Source: Candidatus Multivoradales bacterium (GTDB lineage Bacteria; Acidobacteriota; Thermoanaerobaculia; Multivoradales; Multivoraceae). Taken from it: a DNA stretch of 64,000 nt. The notes below the pieces were generated by a model that did no database searches, was not told where the DNA came from, and was given only the letters and a program-made list of their open reading frames with translations. A program made the position numbers and the translations under genes. Below, piece after piece: positions 30,373-40,400 of the stretch (position 1 is the stretch's first letter; each line of letters opens with the position of its first letter). The stretch lies in assembly GCA_965223325.1 (NCBI GenBank), contig CBDCWI010000002.1, forward strand, positions 3,456,001-3,520,000, written 5' to 3'.

Positions 30373-31816
30373 GGGAGCGTGCCGCCACCCGGTTGACGCC
30401 AGCTGCCGACAGCCCTGGAGACCTTGCACCATTCTCCGGTAACAAACGGGGCGCGGCAAGCCGAGCCTTCCCGTCCGTGGTGAAGCCATCGACGGATCGG
30501 CCGTTCGCGGTGCAGCCATCTAGGCGCACCTCGCTCCTCGTCTTCGGGTGATCGAGCTCGAAAGCTCTGTCTGGTGACGCGCCCGCCGCGGTTCGGACAC
30601 GAACGTCGATCAGCTCTACACCCGAGTGGAGCGACTCCGAGAACCCTTCCGCCAACGGATAGATCAACACCCCCTTCAAGGTGCCTCGGATCTCTCCATC
30701 GCGCACGGTGACTCCACGCGAAGAGACCACAACTCCGCTCGAACGGGAGCCCGGAACCGCCTCGACCTCAAACCCCTCTAGCCTCGAGCCGTGCCCGCCC
30801 AGCCCGTTGAAACGCGGCGTTTCCGTTGCAAGGTGGCGGTGCCCATCGGGCGACGCACACCCCAGGTGAGGGCCGGGGAACTCGAGCCACCTCCTGCCTT
30901 GAGGGTCGACGCTGGTGGCGGGTTGGACTCCAGGCCGAAAACGAACACCGATGTCATCCCCCATCAGACCAAGAACGCGTATCCCGCTCAGCTCGGTGGC
31001 GCCACGGACGTCAATGCCAGCGTCCCGGGAACCCAGGCCTTTCGCGACTCCCGGCCGAATCACCTCGACGTCACGGATCTTGATGCCGAAGTTGCTACCT
31101 TCGCGATTCTTGATGTCGATGCCGTCTCCACCTGTATCCACGATCCGAACATTCTTGATCAAGACGTTTCGGAATCTACCAGAAATGCCGCGTATCTTCT
31201 GGAGCGCGATACCGTAGCTCATCGTGTTCTTGACCTCGAGATCGATCAAGACGACATCTTCAGCATCGCCGAGCCGGAGGCCATGGCCACCCCGGGCGTT
31301 ACGGCCCTTGAGACCCTCTCGATTGCCATCGATGGTCAGGCCGGCGACGACGAGATCTCTGACGGCGGCACCATTCATCACATGAGACGCGGGCGGATCA
31401 GCTTCGCTCCCATCGGCAAGACGGATCACCGTCAGGCCTTTTCCCGCGCCCCGAACCGTCAGGTTCGAGTAAAGACAGAGTGCGCTCCTCCGCCCGGGTC
31501 GACCATCACTATCCGAGTCGTGGACCAGGTACTCGCCCGCCGGAAAACGGACGACCCAACCTTCGCGGGCAGCTACCAGGAAGGCTGAGCGAATCGCCGC
31601 AGTGTCGTCGTGCTCGCCATCCCCGCGTGCGCCACAGTGAACCTTTACATCGAGAATGCCGGACTTGGTCGGTCGACACTGATCTGGCGACGGTTCGCAC
31701 GAAGCGCCCGCGCCGGCACTCAACGCGAGAAACACACCAAACGAAGTCACGGCGTGTCGAACAGCGGACGCAACCCTCTTGTTGGCGAAGAGGACACTGC
31801 TGTTCATCGGGTACAT
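30272..31816 (-). CDS. Secreted parallel beta-helix protein, paralog of 25926-27170
   Basis: LDVKVHCGARGDGEHDDTAAIRSA..VRFPAGEY, GDGIDIKN, AGIDVRG; 3' end uncertain. Confidence 0.78.
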   Translation of the reverse strand: MYPMNSSVLFANKRVASAVRHAVTSFGVFLALSAGAGASCEPSPDQCRPTKSGILDVKVHCGARGDGEHDDTAAIRSAFLVAAREGWVVRFPAGEYLVHDSDSDGRPGRRSALCLYSNLTVRGAGKGLTVIRLADGSEADPPASHVMNGAAVRDLVVAGLTIDGNREGLKGRNARGGHGLRLGDAEDVVLIDLEVKNTMSYGIALQKIRGISGRFRNVLIKNVRIVDTGGDGIDIKNREGSNFGIKIRDVEVIRPGVAKGLGSRDAGIDVRGATELSGIRVLGLMGDDIGVRFRPGVQPATSVDPQGRRWLEFPGPHLGCASPDGHRHLATETPRFNGLGGHGSRLEGFEVEAVPGSRSSGVVVSSRGVTVRDGEIRGTLKGVLIYPLAEGFSESLHSGVELIDVRVRTAAGASPDRAFELDHPKTRSEVRLDGCTANGRSVDGFTTDGKARLAAPRLLPENGARSPGLSAAGVNRVAARSPTHLLEGTCSPTARPFPMPDQEEAGARRATTPH

Positions 31817-31916
31817 CGCGTTTCTGCCAATGTCTCGGGCAAGGGTCTTCTGGCCGGGTCCTCTCGGTCTGGACAGCCTCCGATCTCCTCATCAACGACG
31901 TGGCCGACTGGGGCGT

Positions 31917-33578
31917 CTACGGCAGCCACAGGCTCCACTCGGTCGTACCTGAACTCTCGAAGTCGTCGAAGAAGAGCGGCTCCCGACCACACCATCGATC
32001 TGCTCGCAGAGCACCGACGCGTGTACGCCAGGTTGAACCTGTCTCGGCGAAGTACTGGCTTGTGAAGTAGAACGTGCAGTCATCGACCGGGTCGACGACC
32101 ATGGACGATACTTCGCCCCATTCGGCGGTCAGGGAGTTGGAACCGGTTCCGGCAAGAAGGGTCGCCTCGGGGCTGAACGAGCTTTCGCTGGCACGGCGTG
32201 TCGCGGAATCGATTCGAGGAAAGATGGCGCTGCTCGTGGTGCTATAACCGATGGCCATGTTTCCCGCTCCGTCGAGTGCGAGGGAGGCGAGGGTGCGGTC
32301 GTGTCCGTCACCGGGGTCGTGCGTACCTTCCGTATGGAGGCTCCAGCCGGCACCAGTCTTCCGGAGCTCGAACCAGTGTGGTGCAGCGCCCGACTCTCCG
32401 CTCCCACCTCCCACGGTGAAGACTCCGGCCAGGGCGTCGTGGTCGGCATATCGCCGAAACACGAGCCGAGAAGTCGGGTGGCCGCTTGCCAGTGCATTCA
32501 GCCGCTGGTCGGTACCTCTTTGGCGCAGGCAGCTCAAGCCTGAAGGACAGACTCCAGGCTGGTACGGATTGAGGTCGACCTGGCCGATCCTCGTCCACGT
32601 CGCGTTCGCGGGATTCGCGAAGTCGGGCACGAACTCGAAGAGTCTAAGGCGAGGGGGTACAACGGTCTCGCCGTAGGACTCACCCTCGAGCGGAAGGTAG
32701 AAAAGGCCTGGGGTCTCGACCGCAGGCGCAGCCCCGTCGAGATCTGCGGGTCTGGGGAAGCGGAGCGGCTCGCAGATCTTGTTGTACATTGCGTCGGTGC
32801 CCGCGACCATCGCTTTCCGATCCAGAGCGTAGACGGCGCGGATCCAGACGGGCTGCTCCTCATCGCTGTCTTCCTTGAGAGTGGCGTAGTAAGCACTTGG
32901 CCACACTGACAACTCGATGGCTGCGATGTCTACGACTCTCGGGAGTTCGTAGAGCGAGTACGCCCCCGCCGGGTCCGATGTCTGCGACACCGCAACGCAC
33001 AGAAGCTCTTGCTCACGGCGATTATCCCAGTCCGGAATGTCGATGTAGTTGAAACCGGCATGTCCAAGAACCCAGCGATCGGCCATCGGGTCCCAATTCA
33101 CCGTTGGTTCCCCTGCAGAGGTCGTGCAAGGACCGGTCGCCCAGAGATCACTCAGCGAAAAGGGCCCGACGAGAAGCTCCCCCGTCTTCGAATAGATCGC
33201 GACGCCTTCTGGGCTGACTACCTGAACGTAGTGGTTAGGCCCGACGTCACCCCGAGGGTCGGGCGTAGGGCACTCTACGCATGTCCCCTCCGCGCTCATC
33301 CCCTCCCACGAAAAGGGTCGGCCTGCGCGGACTCCGCGGCGGGCAGTTTCGAAGTCCGGTTCGAGATCAACGAGGGGCGAACCGGCACCTTCAAGCGCGC
33401 GCATCGACGGGAGCGTGTCCACGCGCGGGCTGACCTTAACGGAAAGCAGAAATCCACCGCACGGGTGAGGGTGGTTTGCCGATGCACTGCCGACGGCCAA
33501 AGCCAGCGCGAGGATGGCCGCGCCCGATGTCCGCCCGGTTCGGGAAGAGGGCTGACGCTTGGAGAGAAACCGTGACAT
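31917..33578 (-). CDS. Secreted protein of unknown function (likely beta-propeller) with C-terminal PLFFDDFESSGTTEWS tail
   Basis: Signal peptide, PDPRGDVGPNHYVQVV, DRWV, CVAVSQTSDP, VDPVDDCTFYFTSQY; terminal tail. Confidence 0.75.
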   Translation of the reverse strand: MSRFLSKRQPSSRTGRTSGAAILALALAVGSASANHPHPCGGFLLSVKVSPRVDTLPSMRALEGAGSPLVDLEPDFETARRGVRAGRPFSWEGMSAEGTCVECPTPDPRGDVGPNHYVQVVSPEGVAIYSKTGELLVGPFSLSDLWATGPCTTSAGEPTVNWDPMADRWVLGHAGFNYIDIPDWDNRREQELLCVAVSQTSDPAGAYSLYELPRVVDIAAIELSVWPSAYYATLKEDSDEEQPVWIRAVYALDRKAMVAGTDAMYNKICEPLRFPRPADLDGAAPAVETPGLFYLPLEGESYGETVVPPRLRLFEFVPDFANPANATWTRIGQVDLNPYQPGVCPSGLSCLRQRGTDQRLNALASGHPTSRLVFRRYADHDALAGVFTVGGGSGESGAAPHWFELRKTGAGWSLHTEGTHDPGDGHDRTLASLALDGAGNMAIGYSTTSSAIFPRIDSATRRASESSFSPEATLLAGTGSNSLTAEWGEVSSMVVDPVDDCTFYFTSQYFAETGSTWRTRVGALRADRWCGREPLFFDDFESSGTTEWSLWLP

Positions 33579-33869
33579 AAAGGCCGAAAAGGATGAGAAC
33601 CCAAGGGCAAGGGGACCCGCCTGGTCGCCCGCTAGAGTTTATCAGGCCACTGTTCTCTCAACACCGCCGGTTAGAGGCAGGCGTACGGTCCAGCCGATCC
33701 GTCGTCCAACTCAAGCCCCCCTGGGTACCGGCAGGGTTGTTCCACCTTGGGCACCCGACGAGCGCTGCCGCCGGTCTCAGTTACTCGCGTCTTCTCTCGC
33801 TGGGCTTTTTCGAGCACCCGAGGCCTAGCTCATGACGACACCCCCGGGCGTCTATTGACTCCCTACGAA

Positions 33870-35279
33870 CTAGTCCTCGTCGACGTAGCCGAGGGCTTCG
33901 AGCTGCTCGCGGACCTCGTCGGGCATGGTTGCGACATCGCGGAGCTTCGAAGCCAAGCCGCGGCGCTCCTTTCGCAGTCGATCAATCGTCTCTAGGTGCT
34001 CTGCGGCACCAGCAGGTTCCCCGGAGACGAGTTCACCGTTCAAGAGGTTGTAGGTCGTCTTCGAGCCAACGCGGGTGTCCCACACCACGTGTCGCGGTTC
34101 CGGACTGAGGGAGGACACTGCCATCAGGCCGCCGTAGGAGGAGTAGGAAACCCTTGTGCCCCCCTGGCGTGATGTCCCATCACAGATCGAACGAACCCCG
34201 CACTGTCCATCCCAGGCCTTCTCGGCAGGCACCTCCGCGATCGCCGCCAGAACGGGCGCGATGTCGACCTGCGGACACAGGCCATCTTCTACAACGCCCG
34301 TCGGCTCCCACGAACGGTGATAGAGAAGCGGAACTTTGACCAGTTCTGGCTCGAGACCTTTTCCGTGCCCCAAGCGACCGTGCTCCAGGAAAAGGTCGCC
34401 GTGGTCTCCGGTGACGACAACAACGAAGCGCTCGCTAGAGGTCTCAGCGAGCTGCACAACCCTTTCGACAAGGGAGTCCACGTAGCGTATCCCCGCATCG
34501 TAGAGGTCAACCATGTATTGGAGGTCGGTCTCTGAAACGCGCTCCGGCGGAACACCGTTGCGATAGCGATCCACCCCCTTCGCACCGACAAACATCTCGC
34601 GAAACTCGCGCGGCGGCCAGTAGGGATTGTGTACATCCATGAAGTGGAGGTACGCGAACCAGGGTCGCTGGGGCGGATCTCGCTGCGTCCAGGCCTCGAA
34701 GGCTCGCACGACCGTTTCACCCTTCGCATATGCGATCTTCTTGCGGCGCCCCTCCTCACGATGGCTGTCGAGCTCCAGCTGGGCAACCTCGAACAGCTCC
34801 GGGTAGCCCGAGCCGTCGGCCATGTGAGGGTTCGTCAGCACCGCGAACGTCTCGTAGCCTGCGCTGGCGAATGCTCCGGGGAGGGTCTCGGAGATCGGGA
34901 CTAAGGACGAACGCCGCTCGGTGCCTGAGGAGGTGGCGACCACCGGGGGAGGCGACATACTGGTCAGCAGGGCAGCGGTCGAGAGGAAGGTCTGAGAGCC
35001 ATGGGAGAGCCCGACGCGACAGCTGACGCTCCGTGAGGCTAGCTGGTCGAGGAAGGGGCTGACGGGACGCTGATACCCGGCAAACCCGAGGTGGTCGCCA
35101 CGAAGCGCATCGATATTGATGAGGAGGATGTTCGGGGCCCTCTTCTCGCCCGTTTCTTCGCCCACTGGGTTCGAAGCAGACGAATGGCCAGCTGGGTCCG
35201 GAGAGCACGAGCCGAGCGTGACCGCCGCAGAGACGACCAGGACAACGAGAATCTCGTGGCATCCGCGGGGAATGGTCAT
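33870..35279 (-). CDS. Sulfatase-like lipoprotein
   Basis: LGSC lipobox, PNILLINIDALRGDH, HFMDVHNPY, TGDHG, EQLEALGYV. Confidence 0.85.
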   Translation of the reverse strand: MTIPRGCHEILVVLVVSAAVTLGSCSPDPAGHSSASNPVGEETGEKRAPNILLINIDALRGDHLGFAGYQRPVSPFLDQLASRSVSCRVGLSHGSQTFLSTAALLTSMSPPPVVATSSGTERRSSLVPISETLPGAFASAGYETFAVLTNPHMADGSGYPELFEVAQLELDSHREEGRRKKIAYAKGETVVRAFEAWTQRDPPQRPWFAYLHFMDVHNPYWPPREFREMFVGAKGVDRYRNGVPPERVSETDLQYMVDLYDAGIRYVDSLVERVVQLAETSSERFVVVVTGDHGDLFLEHGRLGHGKGLEPELVKVPLLYHRSWEPTGVVEDGLCPQVDIAPVLAAIAEVPAEKAWDGQCGVRSICDGTSRQGGTRVSYSSYGGLMAVSSLSPEPRHVVWDTRVGSKTTYNLLNGELVSGEPAGAAEHLETIDRLRKERRGLASKLRDVATMPDEVREQLEALGYVDED

Positions 35280-35419
35280 TTGGCTGGGCTCCGGCTCGTT
35301 GGTTTCGCAAAGAGGCAAGAACCTAACAGCTCGAAGCTACACGTTCCAAGCCGAAGCGCCCGAGTCTGAGGAGCCCTGCCAATGGAGTACCGCAGCTGGC
35401 AGCACACGGGTACAAACGG

Positions 35420-35443
35420 AAGGGCCACCCGAGGGTGGCCCTT
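35420..35443. terminator. Intrinsic terminator hairpin downstream of the 35491-36138 gene
   Basis: AAGGGCCACCC-GA-GGGTGGCCCTT perfect inverted repeat. Confidence 0.75.
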
Positions 35444-35490
35444 TCTATTGCCAGACTTCGCAGTCTCGCGTTCTTCTGGCTAGGCGCTGC

Positions 35491-36138
35491 TCAGGGGCTG
35501 AGCGTGCGAAACGACACGAAATCGTCGAAGTAGTGTGAGCCGACCGTACCGGCATCCACACTGCTCGCCAAGAGACCGACCTTCACATTCTTGACGCCCT
35601 GGGAGGCGGTGGGGATTTCCGTCTGCTCCCGGATGGTCGCATCGTCGACCATGATCCGCAGCAGACCATCCGTGGCACCGGCTGACGCTGCCGCGCGGAA
35701 CTCGATCGTGATCTTGTGGGCCTGGTTCGGCTGCAGGTCGATGACGCCAGTCTTGCGGCGCTTGGTTCCGCCCGTCGCCTGGTACAGGGCGCGGATGTCG
35801 TAGCCGCTGCCGCCAGCCTTGCGGCGGAGCTGAGCCGAAACCACGCGATTCCCGTTGTTGGAGTCGTTCGTGGTGCTGAAGATGATGTGACGGGCGCCGA
35901 TGTCCATCGTCATGTTGTTGACGTTGAACATGAAGGAGGCGGAGTAGACCGGCTCCTGGGCCGGGGTGTCGTCCTGGACGAAAGCATTCGTCTGGGATCC
36001 GTCTGCGGTTACCTCGAGGCCGAAGTTCCCGGCCATTGCAGCGTTGCCGTTGACGTCAAGGGACGAGTCCGCAACTGCTGCCCCGGCAAGACAGAGCAGG
36101 CCCGAAAGGGCGATGGTCATAGTTCTCTGAAGTTTCAC
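35491..36138 (-). CDS. Secreted single-domain beta-sandwich (ConA/LamG-like jelly-roll) protein
   Basis: SD AAGGAG + GTG, signal peptide ending AVA, strong codon bias, ends GSHYFDDFVSFR; fold is inferred. Confidence 0.75.
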   Translation of the reverse strand: MKLQRTMTIALSGLLCLAGAAVADSSLDVNGNAAMAGNFGLEVTADGSQTNAFVQDDTPAQEPVYSASFMFNVNNMTMDIGARHIIFSTTNDSNNGNRVVSAQLRRKAGGSGYDIRALYQATGGTKRRKTGVIDLQPNQAHKITIEFRAAASAGATDGLLRIMVDDATIREQTEIPTASQGVKNVKVGLLASSVDAGTVGSHYFDDFVSFRTLSP

Positions 36139-36199
36139 GTTTCTTCTCCTTTGGGCTTCAGCCCGGGCGGGCCGGGTCCTTGAATCCATTGTTGGGTTG

Positions 36200-36691
36200 T
36201 TACTGTTGGGTTGAGTCTTCCGAGATCGTCAGCCGCGCCGCCGGGCCCAGCTCGCCGTCTTCGAAGTCAAAGGTCGAGAGTGGCACCGCCTCTACTCCTG
36301 CAACTGTTGGGTTGGCATCCGGACCCCCTGCCTCTATCAGCGAATCAAACGCACCTCCCGCGGCGGCGAGAATGCCTGAGAGTGCGAGCACACAGGCTGC
36401 TGCGGCCAGAGGAATTCTGGCCTTGGCCGTCACCTCGGCGGATGGAGCCACGGTCGCCAGGTCCCAACTCACGGCTTCGACCAGCTCGCGGCATTCGGCA
36501 CAGGAAGCAACGTGCCGCTCCACTGATTCAGAAACACATGATTTGCCATTTCTTGCGCCGAGTGCGTGCTCGACAAGGGCGTCTGCATCAGGATGCTGGT
36601 CGAGCGCCTTGAGCACCTGAGCGAAGGCCGTCTCGGCACCTTGGGGGACAGCGTTTGCGGCTTTGTCGAAGTCTAGGGTTGAGTGACTCAT
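36200..36691 (-). CDS. Zinc-binding (zf-HC2/ZAS) transmembrane anti-sigma factor
   Basis: HP..DAL, HVASCAEC (HxxxCxxC), one TM, short external tail with PLSTFDFEDG; downstream of an ECF sigma. Confidence 0.82.
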   Translation of the reverse strand: MSHSTLDFDKAANAVPQGAETAFAQVLKALDQHPDADALVEHALGARNGKSCVSESVERHVASCAECRELVEAVSWDLATVAPSAEVTAKARIPLAAAACVLALSGILAAAGGAFDSLIEAGGPDANPTVAGVEAVPLSTFDFEDGELGPAARLTISEDSTQQ

Positions 36692-36731
36692 CTGGGGTTC
36701 CTCTGGCCTCGGGCTCCCTGCCCGGTTGCTC

Positions 36732-36760
36732 TATAGTCGAGCGCCCGTGGCTTTTGTTAC
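36732..36760 (-). promoter_or_regulatory. Candidate ECF-sigma promoter
   Basis: GTAAC-N16-CGACTATA on the minus strand, about 40 bp upstream of the anti-sigma start. Confidence 0.6.
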
Positions 36761-36859
36761 CGACTTTCTTGAGGTGCCCACAAGACGTCCCGATTCTCGG
36801 CCTTCCCCGTGCGAGAAGCGTAGCCGCCGGTCGACCCCCCGGTCGTTGCCGCTCTCAGA

Positions 36860-37408
36860 CTACTTGGCGCCTGGACCCTCTTCAAACAATCGCGCCCGTA
36901 CCCCGAGGGCAGCCTTCCGACACCGGCTGATTCGCACCCTCAATGCCCCCTCTTTGATGCCCAGGGCGGCTGCCATCTGCGTGTAGTCCTGACCCAGCGC
37001 GACCCGGCGCAGCAGCTCCAGGCACTCGGGCTTCAGCTCCTCCTCCAGCGCCCGGAGCAGGCGGTCGGTGTCGGCGGCACCGAGTTCTGCGGCTCGAGGG
37101 TCCTCGCCCGCGATCTCCGTTGCCTCATCACCAAGGGACTCGCTGGGCCTGCGACCCCGAAGCCTCACGCGGTCGATGCACTTGTAGTGCGCGATGCGGC
37201 GGGCGTAGCTCGCCAAGGTGCTTTCGCCGCGAAAGCGACCCTCTCGAACCGCAATCAGTAGGGCCGAAAGGGAGTCCTGCTCGACGTCTTCGAGGTCGCC
37301 TGCGGCAAGGCTGTGGGCGGAGAAGGCGACGCGGATGGCTCGCCGTACCGCCGCGACAACCTCGGCGTCACCGGCGAGGAAGCGCGCGCCGTCGCTCTTC
37401 TCGGTCAT
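36860..37408 (-). CDS. ECF RNA polymerase sigma factor
   Basis: Region 2 DLEDVEQD..FRGESTLASYARRIAHYKCIDRVR; region 4 YTQMAAALGIKEGALRVRISRCR; ATGA overlap with upstream gene. Confidence 0.9.
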   Translation of the reverse strand: MTEKSDGARFLAGDAEVVAAVRRAIRVAFSAHSLAAGDLEDVEQDSLSALLIAVREGRFRGESTLASYARRIAHYKCIDRVRLRGRRPSESLGDEATEIAGEDPRAAELGAADTDRLLRALEEELKPECLELLRRVALGQDYTQMAAALGIKEGALRVRISRCRKAALGVRARLFEEGPGAK

Positions 37409-40400
37409 GCACTTGCCCGGCCCGCAGCCCTCGACTGCTGTCCGAGGACGCGGAGTTCGGAGGCTGCGGCTGCTTCGATGGTGAAGCGGGCAGCGATTCG
37501 CTGCCCGCGAGCTGCGAGTAGCTTGCGCAGGTCCCCGTCCTCGACCAGGCGCTGGAGGGCAGACAGGCAAGCACTCCGATCGGCTGTGTCAACGACCAGA
37601 GCGGTGTCGCCATCGATCGCGTACTCACTGGCGCCGCCAGCCTTCGGAACGATGACGGCGCAGCCGCAGGCCATCGCCTCGAGGCCAGTGCGGCCGAAAG
37701 CCTGGTAGTGCGAAAGGTCGACGAACACGTCGGAGCGTTGCAGGAGCCCGGCCACGCCCTCCCGTGTCATAACGCCGCATCGTTCGAATGTGCCGTCGGT
37801 AGCAGCCTCATAGATCGGGTCATCGACTGGCAAGCCAAACGTCAGAACTTCTACGCCCGAAGGGTACTCGCGAGCGATCGCGCGAAGTACCTCGAGCGTG
37901 CCTTCGGCGTTGCGCCGCGGAGTGCTCGGCCGGAGCATCGCAGCAACACGGACCGCTCCGGTGGCTGGCTCGCGGCCCCGGGGGTTGTAGACCGAGTGGT
38001 CGATGCTGGGCGTCACCTTGGCCACCGGAACGCCATGCTCCTCGAACACCTTGGCGCGAATCCAATCGGTCTTGGCGAACAGCTGCGACCGCGGGACCCG
38101 AGAGTAGGACAGCCGCGCCTCGCGCTCGAGATTCGGATCGTGCGCCACGATCCTCGGTTCGTAGTCCTGGACGTAGTACCCCAAACCGAGGTCAGGAAAG
38201 CTGCGCGACAGCTGCTCGAGGAGCTTGACGGAGGTAAAAATCGTGGCGACGGCATGGGTCGCCTGGCGTGCGAGCCGGGCCAACTCATCAATCCCCTGAA
38301 AGCCGACGAAAAGGTCCGCCGGAACAGATGGGTAGTTGTCGAGGAACCAATGGCGGTGCTGCTTGGGAACCGCGATGCGTGCCGCAGCCCCTAGCGCGCG
38401 CATGCCCAGCGCCTCCTGAACGATCGAATGCACGCCGCCGCCGCCGCGACTGACCGGAAGAATAAAGAGAACCGACATGGCCTCGGGATCTGGGTCGACA
38501 CCTGCTCCGGCGATGGGCGCTGCACGATCGATTCGGCCGAGGGCCTCCTGAATCCGAGCTCGCACCTTCGCCATCTCAGGGTTGTGGCGCATGAACTCGC
38601 TCGCCTGCTTGATCACCTCTGCGCCGTGCTTCTCGTCGAAGGCCTGACGGCTGCTGCTGGCGAGCTCGCGCCGGCGCTCGTGGCTGTAGCTCTTCGATTT
38701 GGCGTGGAAGACGAAGACGTCGTCGACCACCGCAAGTTCGAATCCTTCTGCCCGCGCGCGCAGGCAGTAGTCGTTCTCTTCGCCGTAGCCACGCGGGAAG
38801 GACTCTTCGTCGAGCAACCCGATCCGGTCGAGAAGCTCGCGCCGGATCATGAAGCAGAAGCCGTTGAGAAACGGCATACGCGGCCGTGCACGGGCCGACG
38901 CCCGCTTCACCACGTCGTCCATTCCGTTGACACCGAGACCCTCGGGCAACTCGTTGACGGCCCAGTCGCCCGCTTCGTCGAAGCGCTTGGGTACCGACTG
39001 GTAGCTCGCCGCGTTCGACAGTGGCCCGACGACGCCCAGCTTGCCGCTCGAAGCACCGGCTTCCACCATCCGATCGAGCCAGCCGAAAGGCACAACGACG
39101 TCGCTGTTGAGCAATACCACCCAGTCGGCCTCGCTCGCTCGCAGGCCACGATTAGCGGCCCGGGTGTAGCCGGTGGCCCGGTCGCTTCGCAGCAGTTGGC
39201 TCTCGTGCCTGGTTGCAAAACCTCGCAGGTACTCGGCCGTTTCCATGTCCGAACCGTCATCGACGATATAGAGCGTGTACTGTCGCCGGGTGTTGCGAAC
39301 CAGCGATTCGAGACAAGCTGTCACATCCTCGAGGGCGTTGTGAACACATACCACGACGTCGACGGTGAGTTCGTCGACCGACCTGGCGCCGGCGATGCTT
39401 TCCGGCGCAACTCTGGGCCCGGGAGCAGTGGCTGTAGATGTGGATGTGGATGTGGATGTGGATGCGGGCGCCACGCTCAGCGGGCGAAAAAGGCCTTGGA
39501 CCCGATTGCGAAGGCCCCTGAGCTTCCCGATCAGAAGCCAGCTGCGCGACTCGTAGATCGCCCGCAGCTGCTGCTCGAGCCGGCGCTCTTTCCCCTTTCT
39601 GCGCTCATAGGCTTTTGAGTACTCGCTCTTCTCGCGACGCACCTTGCGAAGCGCGCGGGCAGCGAGCCGGTGACGGTCGATGTACTCCTCGAGTTCGCGC
39701 TTCTGTCTCTGGAGCTTCTCGTTGGCCGCGGCCAGGGCGGCTCTGAGTTCGCGCTCGTCCTCTCGGCGGCTGGCAAGCTCGTCGGCCAGCTGTCGCAAGA
39801 TGCGCCGCATATCGGTATCGCGAACCGCTATCTCCTTGGAGTCGGCCGCCATCTGCTCGCGCCGCTGCCGTTCGCGCTGACGGCCGATTTCAACCCGAAT
39901 CCTTTCGGACTCGATGGTTTCGATAATCGCCTCGCGCGTTTCCCTGCTATCGAGCCGTTCGGCAAAGGCTGCCAGTGCCGGCGATGTACGAAGGCGCTCC
40001 TCGGGCAGGAGGACGGCGAGGCCATGAAGGCCACGCACGACCCGGAACCGAATGTCGCACTGTGTTCCCGCCAGGAAATCCTCGACCGCGGTGAGGACAC
40101 CGTTCCTCTCGCCGCCTTCGACTGCCGCGTGGTGAAGGTGACCGTTAAGACCGCCGGCATCAACCAGTAAGGGATGGTCCGGGTGCACACCGCGCCGGGC
40201 AAAGGGTTGCCTGTCGAGTTCTGGAATGCGGTCGGGCTCGTAGTAGAGGTCTCGCCGCCCGTAGGGCCAGCCGACGTCATGGAGCAAGACCACCGGAAAC
40301 GGAACGCCTGCGCGCTGGCTGATCTCGTGCAGAAGGCGAAGCTCGTGAAAGACGGTGTACCAGTTGTGGTCTCCGTCGACCAGCGCCACGTCACACGCCG

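Noticed and set aside
39437-39464. Hexamer repeat as a phase-variation switch
   Set aside because: The unit is a multiple of 3 in a linker, so slippage would not switch the frame
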